A DNA stretch of 63,349 bases, the filler included, from Octopus bimaculoides (lineage: Eukaryota), in the NCBI RefSeq assembly GCF_001194135.2. It is 5 parts of 4 records of this genome, joined end to end, with 100 filler letters (N's around TTAATTAATTAA, not from the genome) between each part and the next. Parts side by side here need not be neighbours in the genome. Positions count along the whole stretch, not along the records: positions 1 to 31,207 come from NC_068986.1; 4 more parts are not named here. One strand, 5' to 3'. Position 1 is the stretch's first letter; every line of letters starts with the position of its first letter. The translations under genes were made by a program, and so were the position numbers. This document shows positions 1 to 14,930 of the stretch, one piece after another. The notes beneath the pieces were generated by a model. That model was not told the DNA's origin. It saw only the letters and a list, made by a program, of their open reading frames with translations, and did no database searches.

Positions 1-2143
1 ACACACACACACACACATTTTCCCCCCTCACCTCTTTCTCCAATCTTTACCCCCAAACCTATTTTCGCATATGGGGCTCGGTTCTCCAGTTTGAATGTAT
101 TTTTGTCATGGCCATTTCTGAGTCTGTCTGCCATTTTGTGTCTACATATACATACATACATACATACATGCATGTATGTATGCACTCTTCCATGAATATA
201 CACACACACATGCATACTTTATGCACATGTGTCAAACATAGAGCAGCCTCTTCTCTCCTTGGTTCAGTGAATTAAAAGAATTCTCTTAGCTCTATCATTT
301 TATTTATAAGGAAAAAGAGTAGGTTTCTCTTTTTCTTTTTTTGGGTTTTGCTTATTCAAGGCTTACGTCACCACACTCATGTTATTGTTTTTCTTTTTTT
401 GTGTGTGTGTATGCAAGGTTTAGATCACTATGCTTGTGGTGTTTAATTGCAACAATTTATGGCATATTTGATGTCTTACGAGAGCAGTGAATGAAATTTT
501 CTTTTTTCTTATACCCATCCCTGGAGACATTTGATCAAATTTTTATCAGTATATCTTCCCAGTGTGATTATTTCTGCTATAATACATATTCCATGGTCTG
601 GATTAATTACTGTAAAAGTAAACGTGAAATTTAAAAATGTTACTTTTAGAGATGTTATTAAACTTTGTTTCAAATTTAATCAAACATTTATAAAATAATA
701 TAGTAAACTTATGGAATTTAGCTAAAGTTTAATATCTTCCAGATGTCTTCTATATGTGGTCAGTTAATTTCACTTTTTCTGTACACTTTCAATTTATGAA
801 TACAATCAGTGTATTCATTAAATTTGAATTTAATAAATCCACTAAATGTCTTTAAATCTCATTTTAATTTGTTCTGCTTTGGTGTTCGTTATTTAGAGGG
901 TGGAGAAGCTTCGTTGAACAATATCGAAATGACTGTAAGGAAGCAATGAATATGGTGCATGACCAATAATAAATGCTGTGTAGCAGGCATTGAATTTTTC
1001 TATTAGTTATTGTAGTAGCCATTCCAGCATTATTATTATATCAGCAATGAGAACGAGGAGGTAAAAAAGAGGAGAACGAATCAGAGTCGACTCATTTTAA
1101 CTTACTGTGATATTTCAATAAAATTTTAGCTTTGAATTCAACACACGAAAAATAAGATTGTAATTGCTAAAACATTAATGTCAACTTAGAAAGGCCAGAG
1201 AATACAACACATTTTTTTGCATTATTGTTATTTTGTTTGGAATTTTTTTTTTTATGATAAATTCAAAATCTAATTGTATAAATATTGTTAAGCTTATCTT
1301 TGCATAACTATAATAAATGCACAAAGTTTATTAGGGAAAAATATCAGGTGGATTTGCTTCTTTTCAGACACTTTTATTCTAGTTGATTGGAAATGGCCAT
1401 TATATTTCTTTGGCAGCACAGTGCTGATTACTGTAATTATGGAATTAGTGCAGCTTTATTGGCCACAGACTTGCATATTTTAGTGCAGCCATAACACCTA
1501 TAATTCAAAATACAGAGATTTTCTGTCACTTTCTCTTTCTCTGTTTCTTCATCTCATCAATGTCTGACAAGCAATTAATTTGTGCTGAGTGTAATATTGT
1601 GGTTGACTGTCTTCTAACCTACAGTAGAAGTTTGCTGGTCTCTGAACCGTTTAGAATCTGTACTGCATCCATTCCTTTTCCTCGTTGATCTGTAGAATCA
1701 ATCAATCACAGCTTGAAGCCTTTGCCAAACGCAGGAGGCACAAACTGCAGTAGCAGAGGCAGCATACATGAGATATAGTCTGATCGCCTCCCCACCTTCT
1801 CCTTCTTCTTAACAACTGGATGATTTTTATCTTGAAAACATTTTTGCCTATTGTCTTTGAGCTGAAGAGGAGAAGGGGGGTTTCTATCTTCTAATGGTTC
1901 TGTTTGTGTGAAAGATAACAGAATCAGCTCTGGCGGGGCGGTGGGGACTGTTATTGATGCTGACCTATGCAAATGCGATTTGCTTTATCACAGTTGATGG
2001 CCCTTCACTTGCTTTGCCAGACAGTGGCTGGGTGGTGTCACTTAACCCCTTTTTCTATTGTTCCATTATGAGAAAGACTGTGTAATATTTTATGTAGTTT
2101 CTGCAATCGAACCAATGCCAAGAACAATAACTGGATTTTATTA

Positions 2144-2181
<38 letters not shown>

Positions 2182-4404
2182 GTTATGTTTCAGTTCTTTT
2201 GACAATTTTATCTTCCATTAGAAATATAACTATTTGAAATAAATCTTTGGAGAAATTAGGGAAGTTGTAGTCTTAATTTTACTTTAATTATTAATTTATT
2301 TCTTTCCCCCTCACAAAAAAAAAAGTTGTCTCATGGAATTCATGCTTGTGCATACGCTTACGCATATACATGGTAGTTCAAATAATGCCCCCCCCCCCCA
2401 GTTTTGACATGTTCAATGTCTGTGTGTATGTGGGTGTGTGTATTATATATTATTATATAATATATATAGAATATACAGAATAGGTGAAATTGAAATATAT
2501 TACAGTTTCATCTAGGACAGATTACTGCATTTTACATGTATGTATGTGTGTATACACATATACCTATATATATGTCTCTGTGTAAATGTCATATATACAA
2601 GATATATAATACACAAACACACTCTCCACAGCATCATTCGAAATATAATCGAATAGGTCAGAGTATTTCTTTTTTTCTTTCCATTTTTCCTTTCTCTTCG
2701 CATCTCCAAAGCAAAGGAGTTGAGTCATGTATTATTTCTTCTCGTTGTTTTCGGTTTGATCTGGAATATGTTTCATCAATTAATCAATTTGTTGAGGAGA
2801 GAAGTGTGTGGTACTTGTGTTTACACATGCCCATTACAGTTACGGCTTTCAATAGCTGTCTCCTGAAAAGAGTTAAATGCAAAGCTATTTTCACTGTTAT
2901 TTTTGGGTAGGTCTACTTATAAAAATAAATAAATAAAACGCAAGGAGTGGAAAAAAGGGGGGGGGGAGAAAAAAGAAAAAAAAACAACAAGAAAAAAGGG
3001 TTTAAAAAAATAAAGCATGTGGAAGAAACATTTCCTTTCTAAAATTGGAAGGAATACATTGATTTGCTTATTGCTAATGTTTGGTTGATGGTGTCTGATG
3101 TAAACTTTAGAAGCTTCTATATAATACTTTACTGTATCCTTCTTCTTTCTTTCTTTCTTTCTTTCTTTTTTCTTATTTAACAAGAGGAGAAAATACTTTC
3201 CTAGATTGTAACCAGCAGTTTTTTTTAAATTTTATTATTATTATTTTTTTTTTTTTTTTCAAATGTTATTGCTTTGGATAAAATCTTACTCAGAAATATG
3301 TTTATCTAATTTAGAAAATGGTTTCCAAAAGGAACATTTTAAAGTGCCCTCCCCCCCCCTCTTATTATTATACTTGTGTCATTAGTAAGCTTGTTTTCTC
3401 TATCCATTCATCTAGTTGTATATCTCTTTCTCCCTCTTTTTTTCTCTCTCTGCTAAGTCTCACCTTTCATGCATAGTACCTCGACAGAATTTTCTAAGAG
3501 AGTGGTTATTTTGGTGGAGATTTTACACAAAATGCTAAAAACACCACTTTTTCTCATTTTTTAACCATCTCTTCCAATTTTTACTTTATCTTACCTTCCA
3601 AGATTTGAAGCTCAATTTTTCAGTATTATTCTTTAAGGAGTTATATTCTGAATCAAATACTTTTTAGCTCACATTTCTACACCACCACTTCATTTCTTCT
3701 TAATGCTAATTTAATGACATATTTTTTTTTTCCTTCTCTTGTTACCTATGCAATTTGTTTAACATGAACAGGTTAATTTGAAGAGTTAGTTGGCTCTGGT
3801 TAAGTTTCATCTTCTAATTTTAAAAATATATAACAGGAATTTCAATGTAAACAGTAGGTCTTTGCGGTTAATTATTTCACCTTCTGGTCATTTCTATTTT
3901 GACAAATTCTATTTCTTTACCTATGGTGTGTGTGTTTGTGTGTGTGATTCCCCTCTGTGTTTGTGTTTGCTATTCATCCACACCTGGTTTTCTTTAATGC
4001 CTTCTGTCTACAGAATGTGAAATCCTGTCAAAATCCCTTCACTAGTTAATCAAATGCAATGTAAATTTAGAAAGTTATTATTATCTTTTTTTAGAGATAT
4101 TTTTTATCAGTGGAGTTGGATCTAATGGACCAGTATTTGGTGGCTCACTAGTATGTTAGTTTTTTCCAGTGTTCTCATTAAAGGAATAACATAACATCTT
4201 TCTTGGTGTTGGCCAGACCGTGTGTTTAAGAGGTTTGCCCCAGAACTTCATGATTTATACTTTCTTCCACTTCAGGGACACTATCGGCTGGTGTCTTCTG
4301 CTATAGAAGCTGGTTAATTAATGTCTTCAGTGAAATTTGATAGCAAAAAAATAAAATAAAATAAAACTAAGAAGTTTTGTGTGTGTGTGTGTGTGTGTGA
4401 TGTA

Positions 4405-5100
4405 TTGGGTCATCCCATAAATAATGTGATTTTTTTAAATACTTCTTTTATTTTTCAAAATTAAGATAAACAAAGTTTAATCTAAAATATACTCTCCTTC
4501 ATTTTCTACAATGCTCTTCCATCTATCTGGTAGACTTGCATGGCCCCTCTTCCAAAATTCACTTGTCTCTGATGTAAAATACTCCTCTAGTACTGTTCTG
4601 ACCTTGTCTACAGAACTCATATTTTTTCCATCCAAATGATTTTGAAGACTGCAGAATAAATGATAATCAGATGGAGCAATGTCCGGCAAATATGCAGAGT
4701 GTCCTTGTTGAGCTTTTCAGATTTTCCAGGACAAGGCTTGTCTTCTAGGCTGTAGTTTCCAGCTCAGAATTTCTGAAACCACCATTGGCAATGGTTTACG
4801 CTTAATGTCTGACCCCCATGTAATGCACTAATATTCCTCACACTTTCCGTTGCATTTTTGCCTTTATTGAACTCATAGAATAAAATATGCCGAATATGCT
4901 CCTTTGTCACTTCCATTATAACTTTGAAAAAATAACTGTTAAAATCGAATTGCACTCTTCAAAACTTGCACCAAGAATAAGGACAAGGTAAAATTACTAC
5001 CTGCTTTCATAGCAAGTTGATGCAGGTAAGTTTATCCCGTCCCTCTCCGACTTTTAGTTCATGTAATTGAAAACAATGCATTATCTATGGGATGACCCAA
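4405..5100 (-). mobile_element. Internally deleted mariner (DD34D) element, 696 bp
   Basis: TIRs TTGGGTCATCCCATA(A/G)ATAATG at both ends, TA target duplication; N-terminal MEVTKEHIRHILFYEF..WFQKF is joined directly to C-terminal PDIAPSDYHLF..RW..IVENEGEYI. Confidence 0.93.
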
Positions 5101-5632
5101 TATAAGCTTTATATACTCTATTTCATTTCATTAAGCTTAATTTACTTCATTCATCATTATCATCATCACCATCACCATCACCATCATCATCAGGTTGGCA
5201 TGGATTGGACAGTTTCATAGGAGCTGACCAGCTGAAGGGCTGCTTAGACTCCATGTCTGTTTTGGCATGGTTTCTACATCTGGATGCCCTTCCTAATACC
5301 AACCACTGGGTGCTTTTATGCAGCACTGGCATGGGTGCTTTTTACGTGGCCCCCAGCACCCATGAGCCCGTAAGATTAGGGATGCACAGCTGGAGAGGGT
5401 TGCAGGGGTCAAGCTCGCATGCAAAGGAAACTACGCTTTTACTTAGGTTGACATGTTTTTTTTTCAAGCACAGCAGACCGCCACAAGTCTCGGTCATCTC
5501 CTCTGTTGGTTCCAATGTCTGTAGACCCTTTCTCACCACTTCGTCCATCACTATAGAAAAATATCTAACTTCTAATTGGAACTAATTAAAGTCTTGCCCT
5601 GCTCAGCTTTGCTGATGACCTCTTCAGTAATT

Positions 5633-5686
<54 letters not shown>

Positions 5687-5965
5687 TTGTAGTTAGTTGA
5701 TAGTGGTGAATTCTTTGCGCACATATCACTCTCTTATTTCTCCACCTGATATGGACTCGACGTATCCAATTAGTATTATCCATTCTTAAATACCACTTTT
5801 GTTTATAACATATTTTCAAATTTGGATTCATCATCATTGCACTGGTACTTTTGGTGCCAGCCAAGTAAGGTGAAATTTTACGACCTCTCCTGCATCTTTC
5901 CTCATCTAAACAATTGAGGCATAAGGAATAGAGAAAGAGAAGGTAAAGAGAACACATGATTTTTG

Positions 5966-6004
<39 letters not shown>

Positions 6005-6590
6005 TGTGTGTGTGTGTGTGTGTATTCTCAGAATACTTTTCCATGACTTTCTACCGAAGCAAAAGTGGATGGTATGAAAGAAAATGATTGCTTGTTGATA
6101 TATTAAAATTGACATTAAACAAGTCGTTATCTAAACTGGACACTGAAACCATAATTACTGTCAACAAATAAAGGCAGTTTGATCTCTCGTTGCTTTCTTT
6201 TTTCATTCATTAGCTGCAATTTGATTATACAGACACACAATCTGATAGGCAGATGCATTTACACTTACACAGAAATATTATATACACACACACACATATA
6301 TATATATATAAATCCATACACACACATAGACACTTGTAATCTTATTTGGCATTCAACTCATGCCACATCGCTGCCTCTTACTAGTATTTCTCTTGCTATG
6401 ACATTTCTACCATCCTCCCTTAACTATCACTACTACCCCCACCACCACCTCTTGGGTCTGGTCATCAACCACTACCACTGTCACCTTCAGTATCACCTGT
6501 TACGATCACTATTACAAACCGAATGAGATCATTTGTGTGGCTGCATATCTTCCTAGAAATAGCAGCCAAATCTTCTTCTTTAACACACCT

Positions 6591-6818
6591 TATTTCTTTA
6601 TTGCTCACAAGGGGCTAAACACAGAGGGGACAAACAAGGACAGACAAAGGGATTAAGTCAATTACAACGACTCCAGTGTGTAACTGGTACTTATTTAATC
6701 GACCCCGAAAGGATGAAAGGCAAAGTCAACCTCGGTGGAATTTGAACCCAGAACGTAACAGCAGACGAAATACCACAAAACATTTCGCCCCGTGTGCTAA
6801 CGTTTCTGCCAGCTCGCC
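6591..6818 (-). mobile_element. tRNA-derived SINE, family A, well-preserved copy
   Basis: Head ggcgagctggcagaaacgttagcac..gttctgggttcaaattcc; matches the copy at 22603 and many others. Confidence 0.85.
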
Positions 6819-7160
6819 GACTTCTTGAACACACCATACCAACTTAAAACGAAAAAAAAAAAAAAAAACGATTAATGTATTGATCAGTAATATATTCCTA
6901 GATTCACCCATGATTGGCGAGGTTGGAGATGGAAGGTGGCATGACTGCGATGCTTCTGATCATAGGTCTACTCACTCAGGTCTAACTGGGGGCTAAACAC
7001 TATCAAGAACCACCCCCTTCAAATATTTTGATACCCTTTTCCTTCTACCACTATTTTAGTGATATCCTATCATTCACTACCACATTCTAGTATCACCTCC
7101 ACCACTGTCATTGCCACCATCATCATCGTCTTCATCATCATTATCATCATCTTCTTCTTC

Positions 7161-7192
<32 letters not shown>

Positions 7193-7911
7193 ATCAATCA
7201 ATACCGATCTTAAATTTATTTTCACATTGCATTTATGTGAGATTGTTTTAATTCTTTTTCATTGTTTGATGCCAGATGCACCCCGACCCACCCGACCAAC
7301 ACAAGCAGATGCACACATGAAGATGCATAATACATGCATGCATGCAGCTCTAGGCAATGCACCCTCGCACACATACTCATATATTACTCATATATCTACA
7401 TACATACATGTACTATTTGCACGTGTGTGTGTGTGTGTNNNNNNNNNNNNNNNNNNNNNNNNNNNNNNNNNNNNNNNNNNNNNNNNNNNNNNNNNNNNNN
7501 NNNNNNNNNNNNNNNNNNNNNNNNNNNNNNNNNNNNNNNNNNNNNNNNNNNNNNNNNNNNNNNNNNNNNNNNNNNNNNNNNNNNNNNNNNNNNNNNNNNN
7601 NNNNNNNNNNNNNNNNNNNNNNNNNNNNNNNNNNNNNNNNNNNNNNNNNNNNNNNNNNNNNNNNNNNNNNNNNNNNNNNNNNNNNNNNNNNNNNNNNNNN
7701 NNNNNNNNNNNNNNNNNNNNNNNNNNNNNNNNNNNNNNNNNNNNNNNNNNNNNNNNNNNNNNNNNNNNNNNNNNNNNNNNNNNNNNNNNNNNNNNNNNNN
7801 NNNNNNNNNNNNNNNNNNNNNNNNNNNNNNNNNNNNNNNNNNNNNNNNNNNNNNNNNNNNNNNNNNNNNNNNNAAAAGAATCTTGCGAACCAAATACTAA
7901 AACAAAATATG

Positions 7912-7948
<37 letters not shown>

Positions 7949-8283
7949 ATGTATACATTATTTTACTTAGTTTTATTATTTTTGCATTATATTTATTTAT
8001 TCTTCCTCTTCTCTCTTGTCTCTTCTTCCTCTAGTTGTAATTTCCCCTGTGGAAAAGATGGTAATAGCTCTATGAAAGCCATATGCAATTTTGGGAGCCT
8101 GAAAGATAGTATAAGCCATTAAGACTGCTAGGGTTATATTCATAGTTCAATATATGAGGATGTCTTCGCGTAGGGATAAGATCCTTTCACTATCTCCTAT
8201 TATGCTAGAGTAATAAACTTTTTCATGACATTGAAAGATTTGTCCTGGATTTCTTGCTTTCTTTTCCATTTTTTTGTTTTGCC

Positions 8284-8287
<4 letters not shown>

Positions 8288-8364
<77 letters not shown>

Positions 8365-8388
8365 GTTGTTGTTGTTGTTGTTGTTATT
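8288..8388. repeat. (ATT)n/(GTT)n microsatellite, representative of dozens of AT, GT, CT, ATT and CAT tracts
   Basis: Direct inspection; most plain N gaps abut such tracts. Confidence 0.97.
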
Positions 8389-8490
8389 GAGTGTAGAAAG
8401 GAAGGAAAAAATACAGAAAATTGTGGGTGGATGTTATGTTAGTCTCTACATTAAAAAAAAACTTTCTTCTTCTTCTTCTTCTTCTTCTTC

Positions 8491-8548
<58 letters not shown>

Positions 8549-10450
8549 TATTATTCTATTCCTTTATATTGATATTTTCAGCTTTTGTTGCCATGGTATT
8601 TTGGGAAGGGAGTAATTTTTTTTTGTATTTGTTTTTTTAGTTTTGCATATTATTTTTTTTTTAAATATTTTTTATTATTATTATTACGAGATTTTTTATT
8701 TATTTATTTATTTTAAGGTTCATTTTGTCATATGCATGAAATTTTTGCCTGGTGTTTGTGTGGCTGCCTCTTATTATTATTATTATTATTTTTTTTTTTA
8801 GCCTTTCTTGCACCTCTTTCCTCTTCATTATTTTTTTTTCCTTCTTTTTTCTTCCAAGTGTTGGTTGCACAGCCTATGTCCTGTTATTTTTTTATTGTTG
8901 CTGTTGTTGTCATTTATTTATTTCAGTATTTTTTATTATTTATTTATTTTTTTTTTTTCTTCATTTATTTTTTTCAATCTCTTTCTCAATGCTTCCCTGC
9001 TCCATGCTCTGTGTATTCCCAACACATACAATCAGTTTTCCATTCTATCTTTAATGCCATGTCCTCTTTTTCCACTCTTGGCTCATTTCCTACTCCCCCC
9101 TCCCCNNNNNNNNNNNNNNNNNNNNNNNNNNNNNNNNNNNNNNNNNNNNNNNNNNNNNNNNNNNNNNNNNNNNNNNNNNNNNNNNNNNNNNNNNNNNNNN
9201 NNNNNNNNNNNNNNNNNNNNNNNNNNNNNNNNNNNNNNNNNNNNNNNNNNNNNNNNNNNNNNNNNNNNNNNNNNNNNNNNNNNNNNNNNNNNNNNNNNNN
9301 NNNNNNNNNNNNNNNNNNNNNNNNNNNNNNNNNNNNNNNNNNNNNNNNNNNNNNNNNNNNNNNNNNNNNNNNNNNNNNNNNNNNNNNNNNNNNNNNNNNN
9401 NNNNNNNNNNNNNNNNNNNNNNNNNNNNNNNNNNNNNNNNNNNNNNNNNNNNNNNNNNNNNNNNNNNNNNNNNNNNNNNNNNNNNNNNNNNNNNNNNNNN
9501 NNNNNNNNNNNNNNNNNNNNNNNNNNNNNNNNNNNNNNNNNNNNNNNNNNNNNNNNNNNNNNNNNNNNNNNNNNNNNNNNNNNNNNNNNNNNNNNNNNNN
9601 NGTTCCTGTTCCATCTCAAAAGACTTCTATTGAAGAAGGAAGAAGTTCAAGATTAGGTTAGTGTGTGTTTACGTGTGCTCGTGTGTATGTGTTTATGCAT
9701 GCTTGTGTGTGTGTGCTTGAGTAAAAGACAGTTCTTTCAAGAGGTGGGGGTGTCGGTAGGAAGAAAAAGTGAGAAGTGAGTTGGGAAGAACTACTTTAAA
9801 AACAGAAGAAAAAAATGTTGCTTAAAAAAATATGAGAGGTAAAAAAATCCCAACAATGTCTTCTAATTCTTGCATTAAATAGATTCTGTATTTGTGATTT
9901 GATATTAGCATCCCTAGCCAGACAGACAGGCAGTAGAGGTGCTAGGGATATTATAGCTGGAGCGGATCGAAGTAGCCTTGTGCAAGATAGCTGACAAAGA
10001 ACCCAACCAACTGAAGGCATCAGATATCACCCAACATCACTGGCTCTACAAAACCCACCTCTAGTAAATCTTGATTATGTCTGTGACTTCAAAAACACTC
10101 ACACACACACTGGCTGTGGAACCAAAACATTTGGTTGGCTGGTTGTTTGGTTGGTTGGTTGGTGATGGTGTCTAACATTACACCAAGAAAATCATATTAC
10201 AATTTGTGGTTAAATTTATAATGGGAACTCACTGAAAACATGGGGTGCGGTGAGGGAGTAAATTGAAGTGAATGTGTCTAAGATGATGTCAACATATCGA
10301 TCTCCCCCCCTTTTTTTTATACATTGGAACTACTGAATATAAATAAATAATAATTTCTTAAGTAATCAGAAGATGGATTTGATATTAAACATTATTTTGT
10401 ACAACGGTTGTTTTGACCCATCCTGCTAATAACGTCCCTATTAGTCCAAA

Positions 10451-10487
<37 letters not shown>

Positions 10488-10845
10488 TATATNNNNNNNN
10501 NNNNNNNNNNNNNNNNNNNNNNNNNNNNNNNNNNNNNNNNNNNNNNNNNNNNNNNNNNNNNNNNNNNNNNNNNNNNNNNNNNNNNNNNNNNNNNNNNNNN
10601 NNNNNNNNNNNNNNNNNNNNNNNNNNNNNNNTGTGTGTGTGTGTGTATGTAGTCTTTCTATTGTCAATCATTCCACTTATCTTCCTTTGGATTATGTAGC
10701 ATTTGTGTGTGTGTGTGTTTGTTTGTTTCCCATCATAAGAAAATAATAAAAATATGACATGGCAGTAGGGGCACTTTTATATTCCCAGAAATAGACTCAG
10801 AGTCCACAATGATTCTACAGTTTCAGGGGGCAGCTTCAGTCTGTT

Positions 10846-10898
<53 letters not shown>

Positions 10899-13800
10899 AA
10901 GTACAGAAGAGAACCTCAATAGAAGCTTACATTCCCCAAGAATTTTTAATTCTCTGAGTCCTTTCCTTTCACTCACACATTGTCTCTTCTCAACAACTAA
11001 CTTTGTCTCTTTTGCTTGCGAAAACTTTAACTTCTCTGTTGAAAATAGCAAAGTGAGAGCAATTACATTCATTTTTTTGGTGAGGGAGAAAAAAACCCTG
11101 AACGCACACACACACAACACAAGCAAACATGCAAATGCACATATTTTGGCGTTATTTTATATTCTAGTTAAACAAATGAAAAGAAAAGATGCAATTATTC
11201 TTTTAAACTCTGGTGTAATAGTGTATCTAGTGGGTGATGGGGGAGTGAGGTGGGGGTGTCACTTTCTTTCTCTCTCTCTCTCTCTCTCTTTTCCTTTCTG
11301 CTTTTGTCTGTTTTTATCTGTTTTTATAGAAACTGTCAACTCTGATCCTATAAAATAATAAAAGTGTAGGTTGTTTATGTGCATCAGCTTGCATGTATGC
11401 ACATTCATATATGCATTAGTGTGGTATTTTCTGTAATTCCGAGTTAGATAAACTGTTGTGTGTTCTCTAATGATTAATCCAACTAGTTCGTGAGACAGTG
11501 TTTTAGTTGTTATTGTTTGTTTTTTATTTTATATTATAAGATTTTGTTATTGTTGTTGTTGTAGCTCTTGTTGTTGCTGTTATTACTGTTAATTCCACTT
11601 GACATAGCAGAAACTGTTAAATTGCTGGATTAGCAAGTATTGCTGCACCAATACATTTCTTTCTTTCACCTGCTGCGATAACTTGCAGAATTAAGATAAC
11701 ATTCAAAACTTCTTTTAAATATTTTTTCTATTTATTTATTTATTTTTATGTTTTTTATACTTAGATTTATATTTCCTTTTCATTATTTTCCATATTATTA
11801 TCATCATCATCATCATCATCATTATTACTATTATTATTATTATTATTTCTCTTTCCCCCCCTCCTCTCTTTTTCTCTCTCCATCTCTCTCTTTCTCTCCA
11901 GCTAGCTATCTATTTCGTTAAACAAAACAGTGTGTTTGAAAGGAGTAAAATTGGATTAAAGAAAACTTTCCTATGACTTCTGTAATGACAACCCGAGAGG
12001 TGTTGTCTTTATGTGTATATTATCTCTCTTGCTTGGCTCTCTTTATTACTTGGCAGCTGAACCTTACAATTGCTGTCTAATGAATATAAACTTTACACAT
12101 TCTTATACATTTTAGTCTCTTTTCATTTTTATTCCTGCTCAGGAATCACAGATTATTTTTCCTAATTTTTCAAAAATTCTAAGTACTAGATATTGGTTTT
12201 ATCCATTCCATTTTATCTGTTTCAGGTAGTTGTAGCTTTTTTTCTTCTTTTTTTTTTTTTATCTAGTTATTCATTTTTGCAAAAAGAGTGTGTGTGTGTG
12301 TGTGAGGGGCTGTAAGTAGTATTTTTCTTCCTTTATTATTTGTTATTGTGTTTTGTTCTTTCCTCTCGAATTTAAATTACACAGGAATTTGTTTTAATCA
12401 AGAAAACTCACTTGTTTTGTGACACAACAACAACAATAAGAAATAAAACAATGGAGAATGTGATTTTTTTTTTTAGTAATGTTTATTTTTCTCTTTAGTT
12501 TCGCTGATTATATAATTCTAGCTTATGATATATGACATAATGGTTCCAAACTAAGGTTGATAACATAGGTGGGTGATTATTTTGGTAAAAAGTATTGAAA
12601 GGCATATTATGATCCTATTAATATTATTCCCATTCAAAGTTTACTCAAGAAACTTAGGTAAAGTCAGTAAAACAGGGCATAAGTATTCCAACAGCAGACT
12701 TTAAAGGGGACCCTCCACTCCCACCTAAAATGAAAACTAATGAAATGGTGGCATTGCTGGTGGCAGTGGAATTTGTTTCTCGGGTGCAAAGCCAGAAATT
12801 TATGGGTAAGGGAATGATTGGTTAAATCAACACCAATACATAGCTGGTACTTCATTTTTATCTGCTGAACTCAGAAGAATGAAAGGCAAAGTTAGCTTCA
12901 GCTGGATTTGAACTGAGAAAGTAGAGAGCTGGAACAAATGCTGCATAGCATTTTGTCCAATGTTCTACTGCCTCAACTAGTCTGCTACCTTCAATCCCAA
13001 CCATAGAAAGTTGTTGTTACTATTATGGCACTTCCTAAAGCGGCAAACTGGCAGAGTTGTTACCACACTGGGCAAAATGCTTAACAGTACTTTACCTGTC
13101 TTTTTCGTTCTGAGTTCAGATTCTGCCAAGGTTGACTTTGCCTTTTATCCTTTCAGGTACTTAATAAATTAACCCCCATGTTACCCCCTTGATAAGTTGA
13201 CATATGATCCATATCAAAGGCTTTCCAATCATGATCATCCTGTCTTTATTGCTGGCACTGCATCTAGGATTGCATTATCCATTATATCTTGCCTTCTTTT
13301 CTTGAGACAATAGAATTAGATTCGAGACAGGTTTGGTTGTTATTTCTAATGACTTGAAACATCACATTGAGGATCCCCTATTAGCATAGCCATCTGTTGT
13401 TGCTTAATACTGGTGTTAATTAAACTGATTTATAGCCTGCCTCAGTTAAGATGTGTGGCCTTATGCCAATGTTACAAATCAGTATTTTGACACATTGAAG
13501 TGCCGTACATTTGAGATAAATTCTGTGAAAGAATGGTTCTAAAGCCGGTTGATACTCTAGATTGTTGCCATTTTGCATCACCCGGTGTCATTAATGTTTT
13601 TGAGCCAATGAGGAACCTCTACATGGTAACTTGAACTACAAGAAATGGTAGCAAAATTTCCCTTGAATCACACCCTGCCATCTTAAGAAGGACTTTGGAT
13701 GATGTTAGCTTAGAAGCAGTGTTTAGGAGATAAGAAATGGTATAATCATGTATGGAATGTTTTTAATGATAGAAAAGGCTTGCCTGGAGCCCCTTCATTA

Positions 13801-14876
13801 TCACATGGAAGGATTGGTGTGGTTTTGATGTGGATACTCCCTTTTTGCTCCTTCATATAGCTGATGCAGAGAAGCAGAGAGGGGCAAGGAATCTACATCA
13901 GTACTTCACTGGTACCTGGGGGTTAATCAACAGCTGATACTAATTTCATATCTAAGGTGGGCAAGCTGGCCAAATTGATTCCTTGCAGGACAAAATGTTT
14001 GGTGGCACTTCTGATGGCTTCATGTTGAGTCCTAACGCCAATCATCCTTTTGGGTGGGGGGTCAAATAATAGTAGTGCAAGTTGAGCACTGGGGCCAATG
14101 TAATCGATATACCCCCTCACGCGAAATTGCTGGCCTTATGCCAAAATTTGAAACTAGTATTAATTTAATATCTTTGATTATGTATAAAAGAGGAAGGTTG
14201 CTCTGTGTCTGTGTGTGTGTGTGTGTGTGCATGTCCTATTTTCTCTAATTAAAGCTACCCTTTTTAAATACAGATGCTAAAATTAAAAAAAAAAAAACTA
14301 ATAAGACCCCATTGTGCTTCAACTTTAAAATTGGGGCTCTTAAAAGTTAATCCTTGTCCCTTAACTGACAGTTGTGGAATTTTCCCTCCCTCCACTTTCT
14401 CAATGTTATTTATGTTAACTGTACCAATTGTCTATCATACACATACAAGGCAGAGACAACTAGTTAAATAGCACACCTGTCTCACTCAGCTAACAATAGC
14501 TGTTGTCACTGGATATGGGACCTAATGAAATAACTAGCAGTTTAAGTATTCACCTTAACCTAAGAGCAGGGGGGGGGAGAGGCCCCTGGATGCTATGCCT
14601 TCTTTCTGAACAAGGTCATCTACAATTTCTTTGAGTTCATCTAGTGCAGTTGAAAGTTTCACATATCTGGTAGATATTCTGTTGAGGAGAAAAGACCAAA
14701 AGACCCAGCTGTCAGGAAGGCAAACTGATAATGTATAAGCTGCATCTCTTTAAATCTGCACTAAAACTAGATCAGTTACATGATGTGAATATATAATAGG
14801 GTTTGTTGGTAGAACTTGGTGCTATGTCTGTCTGTACCTTGTCTCTCTCTCTTTCACTCTCCCTCTCTCTCTTTCG

Positions 14877-14930
<54 letters not shown>

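Noticed and set aside
897-934. 38-nt AG/GT-bounded segment as a TCF cassette exon
   Set aside because: Not a multiple of three, and no homology
7059-10671. Long ORFs in the track (303 aa, 309 aa and others)
   Set aside because: Made of N gaps and microsatellites; the same applies to ORFs near 20.0, 23.7, 29.3, 37.0, 45.0 and 57.7 kb
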